The notes under the pieces were generated by a model, which worked only from the letters and a program-made list of their open reading frames with translations, searched no databases and had not been told where the DNA came from. DNA of 64,000 nt, taken from the NCBI GenBank assembly GCA_963777955.1, contig CAVZSQ010000013.1, positions 160,001 to 224,000 of the forward strand. Reading direction: 5' to 3'. Shown here in pieces: positions 44,032 to 59,600 of this stretch (positions are counted from its first letter, which is position 1; the number at the start of each line of letters is the position of its first letter). The position numbers were made by a program, and so were the translations under genes. Source of the DNA: Calditrichia bacterium (lineage in GTDB: Bacteria; Calditrichota; Calditrichia; JAJRVZ01).

Positions 44032-44664
44032 TTACATTTTGCCGATCACTTCACCATTACAAATCCATACCTTTACACCGATGCAACCATAGGTGGTATG
44101 AGCGGTATAGCGGGCAAAATCTATATCTGCACGCAGGGTATGCAGTGGAATCCGTCCCTGTTTATATTCTTCTCTACGGGCCATTTCAGCGCCACCCAGT
44201 CGGCCGGAACATACAATTTTGATTCCTTCTGCACCCAGACGCATCGTTGAGGTTATCGCTTTCTTCATCGCCCGGCGGAAACTGATTTTTCCTTCCAACT
44301 GCTTGGCAATATTCTCAGCAACCAGATAGGCATCTAATTCCGGCCGTTTAATTTCGGAAATATTGATCTGTACATCTTTGCCGGAGATAGTCTTGAGTTC
44401 TTCACGCAGTTTGTCCACCTCGGAACCGCGTTTTCCGATAACCAGACCGGGCCGGGCCGTAAAGATGGTCAGAATAATTTTCTTGGCCGTCCGCTCGATG
44501 GCTATCTTCGATACCGCTGCACTTTCCAGACGACTGCGAACGTATTTACGTATGCGCAGATCTTCCTGCAGTTTATTGGCAAAATCTTTTTCATCAAACC
44601 AATTGCTGTTCCACGTTTTGATGATGCCCAGCCGTAAACCGATTGGATGCGTTTTTTGTCCCAA
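44032..44664 (-). CDS. rpsC: 30S ribosomal protein S3
   Basis: [41 protein letters not shown]. Confidence 0.98.
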   Translation of the reverse strand: MGQKTHPIGLRLGIIKTWNSNWFDEKDFANKLQEDLRIRKYVRSRLESAAVSKIAIERTAKKIILTIFTARPGLVIGKRGSEVDKLREELKTISGKDVQINISEIKRPELDAYLVAENIAKQLEGKISFRRAMKKAITSTMRLGAEGIKIVCSGRLGGAEMARREEYKQGRIPLHTLRADIDFARYTAHTTYGCIGVKVWICNGEVIGKM

Positions 44665-44676
44665 AGTCTTGATCTC

Positions 44677-45021
44677 CTATTTACTATCTTCCAAGATAAT
44701 AGTTATGTGTGATGTTCGTTTTCTGATCCGGCCGGCCCGGCCCATCGACATCGGTCTGAATCGTTTCAATGTCGGACCGGCATTGACATAGGCCTGGGTG
44801 ACATAAATTTCATCCAGATTCAACTTTTTACCCTCTTCCAGATTTCCCAGATTCGCTACGGCGGAGCGGATTGCTTTTTCGATCGGCATTTTAGCGCTTT
44901 TAATGGTGAAGTGTAAAATATCCAGGGCCTGATCCACTCGCTGACCTCTGATCAAATCCAAAACGCGGTTAATTTTTTGCGAAGATACTCTGATATATTT
45001 TGATCTGGCTCTAGCCTGCAT
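44677..45021 (-). CDS. rplV: 50S ribosomal protein L22
   Basis: DLIRG, SAVAN, GPTLKR...GRA..IRKRTSHIT. Confidence 0.98.
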   Translation of the reverse strand: MQARARSKYIRVSSQKINRVLDLIRGQRVDQALDILHFTIKSAKMPIEKAIRSAVANLGNLEEGKKLNLDEIYVTQAYVNAGPTLKRFRPMSMGRAGRIRKRTSHITIILEDSK

Positions 45022-45038
45022 AATCGCTCTCCGTTTCC

Positions 45039-45326
45039 TTACTTTACCTGAGTCACTTTTTCTGCCAATCTACCGCTATGTCCGCGAAAAGTGCGCGTAG
45101 CGGCAAATTCACCCAGTTTGTGTCCTACCATATTTTCACTGATGTAGATAGGGATAAATTTTATACCATTATGTACAGCAACCGTATGTCCGACGAAATC
45201 AGGCGGTATGGTAGAACGTCGTGCCCAGGACTTTACCACCACTCTCTTGTTTTCTCTGTTTAATTTCTCGATTTTCTTGGCCAGATGCTCATCGACAAAC
45301 GGACCTTTTTTAATTGACCTTGCCAT
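45039..45326 (-). CDS. rpsS: 30S ribosomal protein S19
   Basis: [24 protein letters not shown]. Confidence 0.98.
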   Translation of the reverse strand: MARSIKKGPFVDEHLAKKIEKLNRENKRVVVKSWARRSTIPPDFVGHTVAVHNGIKFIPIYISENMVGHKLGEFAATRTFRGHSGRLAEKVTQVK

Positions 45327-45334
45327 TTTTTCTC

Positions 45335-46159
45335 CTATTTCCGTCTTTTCACAATAAGTGCACTAGATAACTTTCTCCTGTTGCGGGTTTTCAAACCTTT
45401 TGATTTCTGTCCCCAGGGAGAACAAGGATGCCTGCCACCGGATGATTTTCCTTCACCGCCGCCCATGGGATGATCGATCGGATTCATGGCCACACCGCGT
45501 ACATTAGGTTTGCGGCCCAGCCAGCGGGATCTGCCGGCCTTGCCGATAAAAATATTAAAATGATCTTGATTGGAAACCTGTCCAACCGTGGCATAACAAT
45601 TCAGAGGAACTTTGCGTACTTCGCCTGAAGGCAATTTCAACAGCGCATATTTTCCTTCCTTGGCCAGCAACTGCACGGCCGATCCGGCACTGCGCGCCAG
45701 TTGACCGCCTTTATTTTCACGCATTTCGACATTGTGCACCGATACGCCGATAGGGATCTTGTTCAGCGGCATGGCGTTGCCAACTTTCATTTCTGCTTTT
45801 TCGCCGGCAATCAGCGTGTCCCCGACCTTCAGTCCGTCAGGTGCCAGGATGTAACATTTTTCTCCGTCGCTGTAATGAAGCAGGGCAATGCGGGCAGTGC
45901 GGTTGGGATCATATTCAATCGAGGCAACTTTTGCCGGAATCTCGCGTTTGTTCCGTTTAAAATCGATCAGACGGTATTTGCGTTTATGTCCGCCGCCACG
46001 ATGCCAGGAAGTAACCCGGCCTAGATTATTGCGTCCACCCGAACGCTTTTTTCCCTTCACCAGCGATTTTTCAGGAGTGGTCGTGGTGATTTCGTCGAAA
46101 GTGCTGACCATCTTGAAACGTTGACCGGGTGTGGTTGGTTTAAATGTCTTGATACCCAT
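45335..46159 (-). CDS. rplB: 50S ribosomal protein L2
   Basis: [35 protein letters not shown]. Confidence 0.99.
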   Translation of the reverse strand: MGIKTFKPTTPGQRFKMVSTFDEITTTTPEKSLVKGKKRSGGRNNLGRVTSWHRGGGHKRKYRLIDFKRNKREIPAKVASIEYDPNRTARIALLHYSDGEKCYILAPDGLKVGDTLIAGEKAEMKVGNAMPLNKIPIGVSVHNVEMRENKGGQLARSAGSAVQLLAKEGKYALLKLPSGEVRKVPLNCYATVGQVSNQDHFNIFIGKAGRSRWLGRKPNVRGVAMNPIDHPMGGGEGKSSGGRHPCSPWGQKSKGLKTRNRRKLSSALIVKRRK

Positions 46160-46179
46160 ATAATCCTCGAATAACTCTC

Positions 46180-46479
46180 TTATGCGTTTTCAAATAATTC
46201 CAGTTTTTGGCCTGCAGCCAGAGTGACAATCGCTTTCTTCCAATCCGGCCGTTGTCCAAAAAAGCGGCCTGATTTTGTCAATTGCTGGCGAACTTTACCG
46301 ATAACATTCACAGTTTGAATACCGGTGACTTTCACATTGAATTTCCTCTCAATTTCCCGGCGGATTTCAATTTTATTGGCATCCCGGGCCACGGCAAAGG
46401 CATATTTGTTTTCACTCTCCTGCAACCGGGCAATTTTTTCCGTATATAACGGTTTAATCAGTATAAGTCGCTTGCTCAT
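46180..46479 (-). CDS. rplW: 50S ribosomal protein L23
   Basis: [18 protein letters not shown]. Confidence 0.97.
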   Translation of the reverse strand: MSKRLILIKPLYTEKIARLQESENKYAFAVARDANKIEIRREIERKFNVKVTGIQTVNVIGKVRQQLTKSGRFFGQRPDWKKAIVTLAAGQKLELFENA

Positions 46480-47105
46480 TTTCCCAGTACCTCATTTATT
46501 TTCTGCAAGGCGCTCTCCTGCACTATCAGTTTTTCAGCGTATAAGACATCATAGGTCGAAAAAGTGATTGAATCGCGAATAGCCACCTTGGGAATATTAC
46601 TGGCCGATAAATTGATATTTTTTTCATTTTTTGCTGTCAGCAGCAGAACCTTTTTATCGCTTAATTCAAGATTGCTCAGAAATTTCGTAAACGTGCTGGT
46701 TTTGGGTTTGCTGTAGGAAAAATCTTCCACCACCAGAATTCCATTTTCTTTGGCTTTATAACTTAAAGCTGATTTACGGGCTAACACTTTTACTTTTTTA
46801 TTGATCTCTACATGATAGGTATGTGGATGAGGACCGAAGATACGCCCGCCGCCGACATGATGCGGAGCACGGATACTACCCTGCCTGGCCCGTCCTGTAC
46901 CTTTCTGCCGGAAAGGCTTTCTTCCACCGCCGGAGACATAGGAACGTCCTTTAGTAGAATGAGTCCCCTGGCGCTGATTAGCCCGGATGGATCTTATATC
47001 CAGCCAGATAGCATGATCATGCGGTTCAATGGCAAATACCTTTTCGTCCAGTTCAATTTTCTTGCCGGTTTTTTTCCCGGCTTCGTTCAAAATATCAACT
47101 TTCAT
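46476..47105 (-). CDS. rplD: 50S ribosomal protein L4
   Basis: RQGTHSTK.R..VSGGGRKP.RQKGTGRARQGS. Confidence 0.98.
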   Translation of the reverse strand: MKVDILNEAGKKTGKKIELDEKVFAIEPHDHAIWLDIRSIRANQRQGTHSTKGRSYVSGGGRKPFRQKGTGRARQGSIRAPHHVGGGRIFGPHPHTYHVEINKKVKVLARKSALSYKAKENGILVVEDFSYSKPKTSTFTKFLSNLELSDKKVLLLTAKNEKNINLSASNIPKVAIRDSITFSTYDVLYAEKLIVQESALQKINEVLGK

Positions 47106-47126
47106 AACTTAACCTTTATGCTCTGC

Positions 47127-47747
47127 TTAAACCTTTATAATCTCCAGGATCGAATTAGGAGCTCCTGGTACGGGTCCTTTGACAAAAATTAAATTTTTCT
47201 CGGTGTCAATTTTCAATACCGAGGTCGTGGGAACCGTTACCTGGTCATTACCCATTCTGCCGGCCATTTTTAATCCTTTATATACACGGGATGGCCAGGA
47301 ACTCTGTCCCAGGGAACCCGGTGCCCGTTGCCGGTCAGACTGACCGTGGGTGATGCTGCCGCCGCCGAAATGATGGCGCTTAACCACCCCTTGAAATCCT
47401 TTGCCTTTCGAACGGCCGGTTATTACAATTTTATCTCCCACGGCGAAAATATCCACCTTCAATTCGTCGCCGACTTTCACTTCGCGGTCAGCGGATTTTT
47501 CGAACTCCCGCAAAAAGCGCAGCGTTTTGACCCTGGCTTTCTTACAATGACCCTGCCGCGGTTTGGTGCTGTGTTTTTCGGATACTTCCGCAAAACCAAG
47601 TTGAACAGCCTCATAACCATCATCCGCTTTGGTTTTTATCTGCGTGACATAGCAAGGACCTGCCGCGATGACAGTGACCGGAATAACTTTGCCGCTGTCA
47701 TCAAATAATTGGGTCATTCCTACTTTTTTACCTATCAATCCACTCAT
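47127..47747 (-). CDS. rplC: 50S ribosomal protein L3
   Basis: [32 protein letters not shown]. Confidence 0.98.
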   Translation of the reverse strand: MSGLIGKKVGMTQLFDDSGKVIPVTVIAAGPCYVTQIKTKADDGYEAVQLGFAEVSEKHSTKPRQGHCKKARVKTLRFLREFEKSADREVKVGDELKVDIFAVGDKIVITGRSKGKGFQGVVKRHHFGGGSITHGQSDRQRAPGSLGQSSWPSRVYKGLKMAGRMGNDQVTVPTTSVLKIDTEKNLIFVKGPVPGAPNSILEIIKV

Positions 47748-47765
47748 CTCTGGACTCCACCTCTA

Positions 47766-48074
47766 TCAGGTCTTGATCTCAATATCGACACCCGACGGAA
47801 GTTCCAATTTCATCAAGGCATCAATAGTTTTATTGGTTGCATTTAAGATATCGATCAGTCGCTTATGGATACGGGTTTCAAACTGCTCCCGCGATTTTTT
47901 ATCCACATGCGGCGAACGCAGTACGGTATAAACCGAATGCTTGGTCGGTATGGGAACCGGACCCGAGATAACCGCACCCGTCGCCCGTGCTGTCCGGATG
48001 ATCTTATCCGTCGATTTGTCAATCAGATTATGATCGTAGGCTTTCAAACGAATTCTGATATTTTGTCCTGCCAC
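47766..48074 (-). CDS. rpsJ: 30S ribosomal protein S10
   Basis: [30 protein letters not shown]. Confidence 0.98.
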   Translation of the reverse strand: MAGQNIRIRLKAYDHNLIDKSTDKIIRTARATGAVISGPVPIPTKHSVYTVLRSPHVDKKSREQFETRIHKRLIDILNATNKTIDALMKLELPSGVDIEIKT

Positions 48075-48127
48075 CTGTTCACTCCATCCTATTTACAAAA
48101 TATTGAACATGCATATAAACCATGTAC

Positions 48128-49318
<1,191 letters not shown>

Positions 49319-49350
49319 GAGTACTCCTCCAGATCTTTGGAAAAGAAATT

Positions 49351-51429
49351 TTAACCTTTCATTTTTTCAACAACTTCACTCACCAGATTCTCTGGTAATG
49401 CTTCATAATGTGAAAATTGCATAGTGTAAATAGCTCGACCCTGGCTGGTGGAACGTAACTGGGTAGCATACCCGAACATTTCCGCCAGAGGTACCAGTGC
49501 ACTGATGACCTGGGCATCCTTGCGGGGAATTATCCCCGAAATTTTCCCACGCCGGGAATTCAAATTCCCGATAATATCACCGAGATACTCTTCCGGTGTT
49601 ACAACTTCAACACTCATCATCGGTTCCAGCAGGATTGGATTGGCCCGTTTACAGGCATCCTGCAAGGCTATCGACCCGGCAATTTTAAAGGCCAGATCGC
49701 TGGAATCGACATCGTGGTACGATCCATCTATCAATTTTACCTTGATATCACGCATTGGATATCCGGCACGAACTCCGCTGTTCATCGCCCCTTCGATTCC
49801 GTTCCGAACGGCCGGAATAAATTCACGGGGGATGGTACCACCAACGATACCATTTTCAAATTCAAAGCCCTTGCCGGTCTCATTTGGTCCTGCAATAATT
49901 TTAACATGACCGTACTGACCGCGTCCTCCGGATTGGCGAATAAACTTGCCTTCTGCTTCCACTGTTTTAGTGATGGTCTCTTTGTAAGCCACCTGGGGAC
50001 GGCCGACATTAGCTCCCACTTTGAACTCGCGCATCATGCGGTCGACGATGATATCCAGATGCAACTCGCCCATACCCCGGATGATGGTCTGGCCTGTTTC
50101 TTCATCGGTGCGTACCTGAAAAGTGGGATCTTCATCACTTAATTTAGCCAGGGCATCGGAGAGTTTATCCTGATCGGCTTTAGTTTTCGGCTCAATCGCC
50201 ACCGAGATCACCGGTTCGGGAAAATGCATGGATTCCAGTACAATGTGTTTATTCTCATCACACAGCGTATCACCGGTTTTGGTATGTTTCAGTCCAACCG
50301 CGGCCACGATATCGCCGGAACGAATCATCTCGATATCCAGGCGGCTGTTGGCGTGCATCTGCAGAATGCGTCCCAGCCTTTCTTTCTTTTCCGAATTCGG
50401 ATTATAAACATATGATCCGGCTTTTACCGTACCCGAATACACCCTGAAGAATGTAAGTTTTCCTACATAGGGATCAGTCATGATTTTGAAGGCCAAGGCC
50501 GAAAATGGTTCTGATTCCAAATGATTGCGGTAAATGATTTCACCACTGCGGGGATGATGTCCTTCGATCGGCTTCAAATCCTTCGGTGCCGGAAGATAGT
50601 CAATCACACTATCCAGTAAGGGTTGGATCCCTTTATTTTTAAAAGCCGAACCGCACAGAACGGGAGTAATCTTCACGTCCAGGGTGGCTTTTCTGATGGC
50701 ATTGAGCAGATCGGTCTCACCTATCTCTTTGCCGTCCAGATATTTTTCCATCAAATGGTCGTCATACTCGCTGACCGATTCGAATATTTCATTGCGATAT
50801 TTTTGCGCTTTTTCACGAAGGCCCTTGGGAATCTCACCTTCCTCGAACAGCGAGCCTAAAGAACTTTCATTATAAACTATCGTTTTCATTTTAATCAGAT
50901 CGATGATGCCGGTAAACAGATCTCCCTCACCCATGGGTATCTGCAGCGGCACCGGATGGGCACCAAGTCGTTTGCGGATCATGCTGATGACATTATAGAA
51001 ATCGGCACCGATACGATCCATTTTATTCACGAATGCAATGCGGGGGATATGGTACTTATCCGCCTGACGCCAGACTGTCTCCGATTGAGGCTCCACGCCG
51101 CCTACTGCACAGAATAACGCGATAGCACCGTCCAGCACCCGTAAGGATCTTTCCACTTCCACCGTAAAATCAACATGTCCGGGCGTATCGATTATATTGA
51201 TCGAATGATCTTTCCACTGAATCGTGGTAGCAGCACTGGTGATGGTGATGCCACGTTCCTTTTCCTGTTCCATCCAGTCCATAGTGGCAGCGCCGTCATG
51301 TACCTCACCCATCCGGTGCAGCCTTCCGCTATAATAGAGAATGCGCTCCGTGGTAGTGGTTTTTCCGGCATCAATATGAGCCATGATACCGATATTCCTG
51401 ATTCGCTCCAGTGGAAATTTGTCTGCCAT
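49351..51429 (-). CDS. fusA: Elongation factor G
   Basis: ATG at 51429 ([25 protein letters not shown]), [15 protein letters not shown]. Confidence 0.99.
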   Translation of the reverse strand: MADKFPLERIRNIGIMAHIDAGKTTTTERILYYSGRLHRMGEVHDGAATMDWMEQEKERGITITSAATTIQWKDHSINIIDTPGHVDFTVEVERSLRVLDGAIALFCAVGGVEPQSETVWRQADKYHIPRIAFVNKMDRIGADFYNVISMIRKRLGAHPVPLQIPMGEGDLFTGIIDLIKMKTIVYNESSLGSLFEEGEIPKGLREKAQKYRNEIFESVSEYDDHLMEKYLDGKEIGETDLLNAIRKATLDVKITPVLCGSAFKNKGIQPLLDSVIDYLPAPKDLKPIEGHHPRSGEIIYRNHLESEPFSALAFKIMTDPYVGKLTFFRVYSGTVKAGSYVYNPNSEKKERLGRILQMHANSRLDIEMIRSGDIVAAVGLKHTKTGDTLCDENKHIVLESMHFPEPVISVAIEPKTKADQDKLSDALAKLSDEDPTFQVRTDEETGQTIIRGMGELHLDIIVDRMMREFKVGANVGRPQVAYKETITKTVEAEGKFIRQSGGRGQYGHVKIIAGPNETGKGFEFENGIVGGTIPREFIPAVRNGIEGAMNSGVRAGYPMRDIKVKLIDGSYHDVDSSDLAFKIAGSIALQDACKRANPILLEPMMSVEVVTPEEYLGDIIGNLNSRRGKISGIIPRKDAQVISALVPLAEMFGYATQLRSTSQGRAIYTMQFSHYEALPENLVSEVVEKMKG

Positions 51430-51439
51430 AACTAATTTA

Positions 51440-51910
51440 TTACCATCTGAAATGAGCAAAGGCTTTGTTAGCCTCAGCCATTTTATGTGTATCTTCCTTC
51501 TTTTTTATGGTCGAGCCATCATTGCTGGCTGCAGCCATGATTTCACCGGCCAGTTTTTCGGCCATGGTTTTTTCCCCTCGATCGTGGGCATAACTGACCA
51601 GCCAGCGTGTGGCTAAAGCACGACGGCGTTTATCCCGCACTTCAACCGGTACCTGGTAGGTGGCACCGCCCACCCGGCGGGATTTTACCTCCACGATCGG
51701 AGCGGCATTCTCCATGGCCTTGTAAAAAACATCCAGCGGACTCTTTTTGATTTTCGCTTCAATGATATCCATCGCTTTGTAAAAAATATGTTCAGCCGTA
51801 CTGCGCTTTCCGCGTCCCATCATACCGTTGATAAATTTAGCTACCAATTCACTTTTATATTTCGGATCAGCTAATATTCTTCGTTCCTGTGCTCTTCTTC
51901 TTCTAGGCAT
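51440..51910 (-). CDS. rpsG: 30S ribosomal protein S7
   Basis: [32 protein letters not shown]. Confidence 0.99.
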   Translation of the reverse strand: MPRRRRAQERRILADPKYKSELVAKFINGMMGRGKRSTAEHIFYKAMDIIEAKIKKSPLDVFYKAMENAAPIVEVKSRRVGGATYQVPVEVRDKRRRALATRWLVSYAHDRGEKTMAEKLAGEIMAAASNDGSTIKKKEDTHKMAEANKAFAHFRW

Positions 51911-51943
51911 ACTTTCTCCAACCCTTCACTAAGAGTTTCAAAT

Positions 51944-52315
51944 TTATTTCGGCCTTTTAGTACCGTACTTCGACCGGCCTTGTTTGCGATCACCGACACC
52001 ACTGGTATCCAGGGTTCCACGAATGATATGGTAGCGTACTCCGGGGAGATCCTTGACCCTGCCGCCGCGGATTAAAACGATGGAATGTTCCTGCAGATTG
52101 TGCCCCTCCCCGGGAATATAGGCTGTAACTTCCACACCGTGGGTCAAACGGACACGGGCAACTTTACGCAAGGCTGAATTAGGTTTCTTGGGAGTCGTGG
52201 TATATACACGAGTACATACTCCGCGCTTTTGCGGGCATGAAGCCAGAGCCGGAGCCTTGGTCTTTTTCAGTAAATTTTTTCTTCCGTGTCTGATTAACTG
52301 ATTGATTGTCGGCAC
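51944..52315 (-). CDS. rpsL: 30S ribosomal protein S12
   Basis: GTG start [32 protein letters not shown]. Confidence 0.99.
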   Translation of the reverse strand: MPTINQLIRHGRKNLLKKTKAPALASCPQKRGVCTRVYTTTPKKPNSALRKVARVRLTHGVEVTAYIPGEGHNLQEHSIVLIRGGRVKDLPGVRYHIIRGTLDTSGVGDRKQGRSKYGTKRPK

Positions 52316-52369
52316 ATTTTCCTCCAAAAAAATAAAAGCCTCGTAATTTAATAATCGGTAATTATCATA

Positions 52370-55300
52370 TCAAGAAGTTTCTTCCAACTTTCCCACAGCT
52401 GCCGGTACCAGATTACCTTCTTTCTCCCCTGCGACCGGTGTATCGACAACCAGGTTGGCATAACGGGCTAAACCTGTACCAGCCGGAATCAGATGACCCA
52501 TAATCACGTTCTCTTTCAGACCGATCAGACTATCTTCCTTCCCGGCTACTGCCGCATCGGTCAGCACCTTGGTGGTTTCCTGGAAAGAGGCCGCCGAAAT
52601 AAAACTATCCGTATTCAAGGCTGCCTGCGTAATACCCAGTAACACCGGTGTAAAGGAAGCGGGTTTGGCTTTTCTGAACTTGATCGGTTTTTTCTTATCA
52701 TTCTTCAGATCACGATTGATCAACTCGATGGTCTTCTTATCGGTTAAATCACTTTCACGGAACAAAGAATCGCCGGGATCGGTAACCACGACTTTCTCCA
52801 CAATCTTTTGATTTTCTTCGAAGAAATTGACTTTGTCGACCTGATCACCTTCCAGAAACATGCTGTCGCCGCCATCAATAATCTGCACTTTTTGCAGCAT
52901 CTGCCGGACGATAATCCCGATATGTTTATCATTAATCTTTACACCCTGCAGCCGGTATATTTCCTGGATTTCATTCACCAGATATTCCTGAACCTTACCG
53001 GGACCTTTAATGGTCAGAATGTCCTGCGGAGTTATTGATCCGTCGGTTAGGCGGTCGCCGGCGGCCACAAAATCATTTTCATGAACCAGGATATGCTTAC
53101 CATAAGGAATGGAGTAGTTTTTACTTTCCGAATCGCCCTGCACCATTATTTCACGCACCCCGCGTTTAATCGGACCGAATTTCACCACACCATCTATCTC
53201 TGTTACCACAGCCATTTCCTTCGGCCGGCGTGCTTCGAATAATTCAGCCACCCGCGGTAAACCGCCCGTAATATCCCTGGTCTTGCTGATTTCACGCGGT
53301 ATCTTTACCAGGGTCTCACCGGCATGAACCTTCTGGCGGTTGGAAACCAGCAGGAATGCTTTGACCGGGATGATGAATTTGCTCTTGTCGCCTGTTTCCC
53401 GGTTGGTGACATGGATATGCGGATTCAGATTCTTATTTTTTGATTCGACAACCACTCGTTGACGCAATCCGGTCTGTTCGTCCAGCTCCTCACGATAGGT
53501 CTGATTTTCTATAATATCTTCAAATTCGACCACACCATGACGATCGGCCAGGATCACTGAACTGTAAGGATCCCAATCGAACAAGGTTTGACCTTTTTTC
53601 ACATTTTCTTTTTCACCAACCCGCATAATCGCACCGTAAGGCACATTATAGGTGGCAATCACGCGGTTATTGTCGTCCAGAATTTCGATTTTCCCGCTGC
53701 GTCCGATGACCACATCGTTCTCATCCTTGTTGACGACAGTTTTTACGTTGAGATATTTTGCCTTGCCGTCATATTTGGTAGCGATATGTGACTCAGCGGC
53801 GATACGGGCTGCCGTACCACCAATATGGAATGTCCGTAAAGTCAACTGGGTTCCGGGTTCACCAATGCTCTGGGCCGCCATGACCCCCACGGCTTCGCCA
53901 ATTTCGACATATTTCCCCGTAGCCAGATTTCTGCCGTAGCAGGAAGAACAGACACCGCGTTTAGACTCGCAGGTCAGTTCGGTCCGTACCAGAACCGATT
54001 CAATAGCTGCAGAAGCCAGTTTAGGTGTAAGATCTTCCGTAATCAATTGACCGCGCTTGATAATCACTTCACCTGAATATGGATTGACCACATCTTCAGC
54101 GGCCACACGACCGACAATACGGTCTTCCAGCGGTTCGATAATCTCTTCGCCTTCTTTCAAGTCACTCATCTCAATACCGAGAATCGTTCCGCAATCGAAT
54201 TCAGAGATAATCACATCCTGGGCCACATCCACCAGGCGGCGGGTCAGATATCCGGCATCGGCTGTTTTTAAGGCTGTATCCGCCAGACCTTTTCTCGCTC
54301 CGTGGGTGGAAATAAAGTACTCAATCACCGAAAGACCTTCTAAAAAGTTAGCCGTAATCGGGTTTTCGATGATTTCACCGGTCTGACCGGACAGGGTCTT
54401 TTGCGGCTTAGCCATTAAACCGCGCATTCCGGCCAACTGCCTGATCTGTTCCTTGCTGCCGCGTGCACCCGAATCCGACATCATGAACAGAGGATTAAAA
54501 CCATAATTATGCTTGCTCAGCCGGCTGAACATGATTTCGGCAACTTCTCCCGTGACATGGGTCCAGATATCGATAATTTTATTATAGCGTTCACCGTCGG
54601 TGATGATACCGCGCAGGAACTGCCTGTGGATATTATCCACTTCGGATTGAGCCCGGTTGATCAGCACTTCTTTTTCGGGCGGAGATATAACATCGGCGAG
54701 ACTGATCGATACACCCGAACGCATGGCATAATAGAAACCCAAATCTTTCAGGTCATCCAGAAATTTTGCGGTAACCTTATTGCCATTACGCCGGTAACAT
54801 TCAGCAATAATTTCGGTTAAACTTTTTTTCGACAACAATTCATTTATAAAGCCCAGGTTAGCGGGCACAGACTGATTAAACAGGATCCGTCCGGAAGTGG
54901 TGTCCAGCATCTCGCCATCCACCCGTACCCTGATCCGGGCATGCAAACCCAGTTTATTATTATTATAAGCGACCATTACCTCGTCACGTGAGGCAAAGAG
55001 CATATTCTCTCCCAGATCGCCAGGTTTGACTTTGGTCAGATAATAACAGCCCAACACGATATCCTGACTCGGCACCACAATCGGTTTACCGTTGGCTGGT
55101 GACAGGATATTATGGCTGGAGAGCATCAGGATTTTGGTTTCGACCTGCGCTTCGTAGGAAAGCGGGATATGGACCGCCATCTGGTCACCATCGAAGTCAG
55201 CATTGAAAGCAGTACAGACCAGCGGATGAATACGAATGGCTTTACCTTCGATCAACACCGGTTGAAAGGCCTGTATCCCGAGCCGGTGCAGCGTAGGAGC

Positions 55301-56605
55301 ACGGTTTAACAGCACCGGATGGTCTTCGATAATCTCCTCCAGAATATCCCACACTTCGGCACCCCGTTTTTCGACCAGTTTCTTGGCGCTCTTCACGGTC
55401 TTGACATAATGCCTTTCAACCAGTTTCCGGATGATAAACGGTTTGAACAATTCGATAGCCATATCCTTGGGTATACCGCATTCATGCAATTTCAATTCCG
55501 GGCCGACCACAATTACGGACCTGCCGGAATAATCGACGCGTTTACCCAGCAGGTTCTGGCGGAAACGACCCTGCTTGCCTTTCAACATATCGGAAAGCGA
55601 TTTTAAAGGCCGATTTCCATCGGAGCGCATGGCCGTGGTGCGCTTAGAATTATCAAACAGCGAATCTACCGCTTCCTGTAACATGCGTTTTTCATTTCGT
55701 AAAATCACTTCGGGGGCACGGATTTCCAGAAGTTTTTTCAGGCGATTATTACGGATGATCACGCGGCGATACAGATCATTCAAATCACTGGTGGCGAAAC
55801 GCCCACCTTCCAGCGGAACCAGCGGACGCAATTCGGGGGGAATCACCGGTATCACATCCAGCACCATCCATTCCGGTTTATTACGGTATTCGGTATTGGC
55901 ATCGCGTACACGGAAAGCTTCGACAACTTTCAGCCGCTTTAACGCTTCGGTCTTCTTCTGAACCGAGGTTTCATTCCTCACCACGTTACGCAGTTCCAGG
56001 GAAAGTTCAATAATATTAATATAACTCAGCAGGGTGTGGATGGCTTCCCCTCCTATTTGAGCGATGAATTTATTCGTATCATCATCAGGAAGATCTTCAT
56101 TCCCGTCGCCATGCTCATCCAGTTGCTTAAAATACTCTTCTTCGGTGATCAGTTCTTTTTCTTTCAATCCGCTCTTGCCCGGGTTGATCACGACATATTG
56201 TTCGTAATAAATAATCTTTTCCAGGTCTTTGGGCGACATATCCAGCAGATAACCTATTTTTGTAGGCAGAGAACGGAAAAACCATATATGCACCACCGGT
56301 ACAGCCAGACTGATATGCCCCATCCGCTCGCGGCGAACTGATTTCTGGGTTACTTCGACTCCGCACCGATCGCAGATGATACCTTTATAACGGATGCGTT
56401 TATATTTTCCACAATGGCATTCCCAGTCTTTGACCGGTCCAAATATTTTTTCACAGAACAATCCATCTTTTTCAGGTTTGAAGGAACGATAGTTGATGGT
56501 CTCCGGTTTGGTTACCTCACCATGTGACTGCTCCAGGATATCATTAGGGGAAGCCAAACTTATGGTGATTTTACTGAAACGGTTTGGACCTTTTTTATAG
56601 TACAA
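52370..56605 (-). CDS. rpoC: RNA polymerase beta' subunit
   Basis: [12 protein letters not shown] catalytic motif, N-terminal Zn finger, [13 protein letters not shown]. Confidence 0.99.
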   Translation of the reverse strand: MYYKKGPNRFSKITISLASPNDILEQSHGEVTKPETINYRSFKPEKDGLFCEKIFGPVKDWECHCGKYKRIRYKGIICDRCGVEVTQKSVRRERMGHISLAVPVVHIWFFRSLPTKIGYLLDMSPKDLEKIIYYEQYVVINPGKSGLKEKELITEEEYFKQLDEHGDGNEDLPDDDTNKFIAQIGGEAIHTLLSYINIIELSLELRNVVRNETSVQKKTEALKRLKVVEAFRVRDANTEYRNKPEWMVLDVIPVIPPELRPLVPLEGGRFATSDLNDLYRRVIIRNNRLKKLLEIRAPEVILRNEKRMLQEAVDSLFDNSKRTTAMRSDGNRPLKSLSDMLKGKQGRFRQNLLGKRVDYSGRSVIVVGPELKLHECGIPKDMAIELFKPFIIRKLVERHYVKTVKSAKKLVEKRGAEVWDILEEIIEDHPVLLNRAPTLHRLGIQAFQPVLIEGKAIRIHPLVCTAFNADFDGDQMAVHIPLSYEAQVETKILMLSSHNILSPANGKPIVVPSQDIVLGCYYLTKVKPGDLGENMLFASRDEVMVAYNNNKLGLHARIRVRVDGEMLDTTSGRILFNQSVPANLGFINELLSKKSLTEIIAECYRRNGNKVTAKFLDDLKDLGFYYAMRSGVSISLADVISPPEKEVLINRAQSEVDNIHRQFLRGIITDGERYNKIIDIWTHVTGEVAEIMFSRLSKHNYGFNPLFMMSDSGARGSKEQIRQLAGMRGLMAKPQKTLSGQTGEIIENPITANFLEGLSVIEYFISTHGARKGLADTALKTADAGYLTRRLVDVAQDVIISEFDCGTILGIEMSDLKEGEEIIEPLEDRIVGRVAAEDVVNPYSGEVIIKRGQLITEDLTPKLASAAIESVLVRTELTCESKRGVCSSCYGRNLATGKYVEIGEAVGVMAAQSIGEPGTQLTLRTFHIGGTAARIAAESHIATKYDGKAKYLNVKTVVNKDENDVVIGRSGKIEILDDNNRVIATYNVPYGAIMRVGEKENVKKGQTLFDWDPYSSVILADRHGVVEFEDIIENQTYREELDEQTGLRQRVVVESKNKNLNPHIHVTNRETGDKSKFIIPVKAFLLVSNRQKVHAGETLVKIPREISKTRDITGGLPRVAELFEARRPKEMAVVTEIDGVVKFGPIKRGVREIMVQGDSESKNYSIPYGKHILVHENDFVAAGDRLTDGSITPQDILTIKGPGKVQEYLVNEIQEIYRLQGVKINDKHIGIIVRQMLQKVQIIDGGDSMFLEGDQVDKVNFFEENQKIVEKVVVTDPGDSLFRESDLTDKKTIELINRDLKNDKKKPIKFRKAKPASFTPVLLGITQAALNTDSFISAASFQETTKVLTDAAVAGKEDSLIGLKENVIMGHLIPAGTGLARYANLVVDTPVAGEKEGNLVPAAVGKLEETS

Positions 56606-56641
56606 AGCTATCTTCTCCTGTGAATTAAATTGTTTATTGAT

Positions 56642-59600
56642 TTACTCTAATTTTACTTTTAAACCCAGGCCCTGCAATTCTCTGACCAGAACATTGAAGG
56701 ATTCGGGAGTTCCGGCATCGGGTAAATTCTCACCTTTAACGATGGATTCGTACACTTTGGAGCGTCCGATCACATCATCACTTTTTACAGTCAGAATTTC
56801 CTGCAGGGTATGTGCCGCACCATAGGCTTCCAGAGCCCAGACTTCCATCTCTCCAAACCGCTGTCCGCCGAATTGCGCCTTACCACCTAATGGTTGCTGG
56901 GTAATAAGTGAATAGGGTCCGATAGAACGGGCATGAATTTTATCGTCAACCAGGTGTGAAAGTTTCATCATATAAATCATCCCCACCATCACTTCCTGGT
57001 CAAAGGCTTCTCCGGTACGGCCATCGCATAATTGGGCTTTGCCGCTGAGCGGCAATTTAGCATTGGTTAATTCCTGGTAAATATCCTCGATCGTGGCACC
57101 GTCAAATACCGGACTGGCATAACGCTTATCCAGGCGATATCCGGCCATGCCCAGCGTGGTCTCGAAAATCTGACCGAGATTCATCCGTGAGGGTACCCCC
57201 AGCGGATTCAGGATAATATCAATCGGCGTACCGTCGTCCATGAAGGGCATATCTTCCATGGGCACCACCTTCGCCACTACCCCTTTATTACCGTGGCGTC
57301 CGGCCATTTTATCGCCGACCGACAATTTGCGCTTCTCGGAAATATAGACCTTGGCCAGTTGTACAATTCCCGGAGGGAGTTCATCACCCACCAGTATTTT
57401 GTGCTTTTCGCGTTTCAGATCATTCTCAATTTCATTCATCTTGCGCCGGTATTCCGAGTACAGGTTACGTACAAAATTGTTTTTGGCATCCGACTCGAAC
57501 CAGGTCGAATTAATATCCAGGTTTTTAACATCGATTTTGTCAAACGACCCGGATCCGATTTTAGTATTAGCCTTCATGGCCATTTTACCATCCATATAGC
57601 GAATGCTGCTCGATTTGTGACCGTCGAAATGCTCGGCCAGCACCATTTGCATTTGCTTGATCAGTTTATGTTTTTTCTGTTCAGCCTGTTTTTCGAAGGA
57701 CTCGGCGTGTTCCTTATCTTTTTTCTTCGACTTGTTGTCCTTATGTTTCCTGGAGAACAGTTTGGTGTTAACCACGATACCTTCCATTCCGGGCGGAGCT
57801 TTCAACGAGGCATCTTTCACATCCCCTGCTTTACTGCCAAAGATCGCTTTCAGCAGTTTTTCTTCCGGAGTCGGATCGGTTTCGCCTTTTGGCGTCACTT
57901 TACCGACGATAATATCTCCGGCGATTACCTCAGCCCCCACCCGGATGATCCCGTTTTCATCCAGATTCTTGGTCGCTTCTTCACTGACATTAGGTATTTC
58001 ACGGGTCAATTCTTCTTCCCCGCGTTTGGTATCTCTGACCTGCAGTTCAAACTCCTGAATATGAACCGAGGTGAATAAATCTTCGCGGACGATCCTCTCG
58101 GAGACGATAATAGCATCTTCAAAGTTATAGCCTAACCAGGGCATAAATGCAACCAGAATATTACGACCCAGGGCCAGTTCCCCGTTATCGGTTCCACCTC
58201 CGTCTGCGATCACCTGACCTTTGGACACCCGCTCACCGATGTTGACTAGAGGCCGCTGGTTAATACAGGTATCCTGATTGGTGCGCTGAAACTTTATTAA
58301 TTCATAAGTGATAAATTGTTGCTTGTCGGCCAGTAGTCCTTTTTCAATTTGTACCTGCTCATCGGCATCAAAGGCTATGACAATTTTCTCGGCATCGACA
58401 AATTGCACAACGCCGTCGGTCTCCGAAATCACCATGGCCCCGGAATCGCGGGCCACTTTTTCTTCTATTCCCGTACCGACAATCGGTGTCTCCGGTTTCA
58501 GCAGCGGAACAGCCTGTCGTTGCATGTTGGATCCCATCAGGGCCCGGTTGGCATCGTCATGTTCCAGGAAGGGAATCAGGGAAGCGGCAGGTGAAACGAT
58601 TTGATTGGTAGCCACATCCATGAAATCCACCTTGGCTGGTTCCACAACTGGAAAATCACCTTTGAAGCGGGCTTTGACCTTTTCTTCCTTCATGCGATTC
58701 TTTTCGTCCAGAGTTATATTAACCTGGGCAATGGTATAACTGTCCTCTTCCGTGGCCGTCAGAAATTCCACTTCATGGGAAACCACACCATTTTTTACGC
58801 GACGATACGGTGTTTCAATAAATCCAAAGTCATTAATGCGGGCCAGCACACATAATGAAGAAATCAGACCGATATTGGGTCCTTCAGGTGTTTCAACCGG
58901 ACACAATCTGCCATAATGAGTATAGTGCACATCGCGTACTTCGAATCCGGCGCGTTCACGGGTCAATCCTCCCGGTCCCAGAGCACTAAGACGCCGCTTG
59001 TGGGTCAATTCTGCCAGGGGGTTGGTCTGATCCATAAATTGCGATAACTGCGAAGTGCCAAAAAATGTATTGATGACCGAGGAGATGGTCCGGGCATTCA
59101 CCAGATCCTGCGGGGTCAGTTTTTCAGAGTCTCCCAGATTCAGACGCTCTTTAATCGTCCGGGCCATGCGGGATAGACCTACGCTGAATTGAGCAGAAAG
59201 TTGTTCGCTGACTGTCCGGATACGGCGATTGCCCAGATGGTCGATGTCATCGGTTACCTGCCGTCCGTCTTTCAAATCCAGCAGATAGCGTATGATCGCG
59301 ATGATGTCTTCTTTACTAAGTACTGTAACATCATATGAAACCGCCACATTCAATTTTTTATTCATCCGGTAGCGGCCAACCGCGCCCATATCATAGCGTT
59401 TATTATTAAAGAACATGCGTTCGATCAAACCGCGGGCCGTATCCAGATCCGGAGGTTCGCCGGAACGGAGTTGGCGGTAGATTGAATCGATGGCTTCTTC
59501 TTCATTGCGGGTATTATCCCGTTTCAGGGTATTCAGAATTACGTTCGGCGCACTGGGATCAAATATCTTCACCACTTCCAGTTCATGAATTTTCATTTTC

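Noticed and set aside
51430..51459. Longer fusA start overlapping rpsG (similar over-extended starts for rpsL, rplF, rplL, dNK)
   Set aside because: Downstream starts match the conserved N-termini and, where checked, have better-placed RBS motifs.
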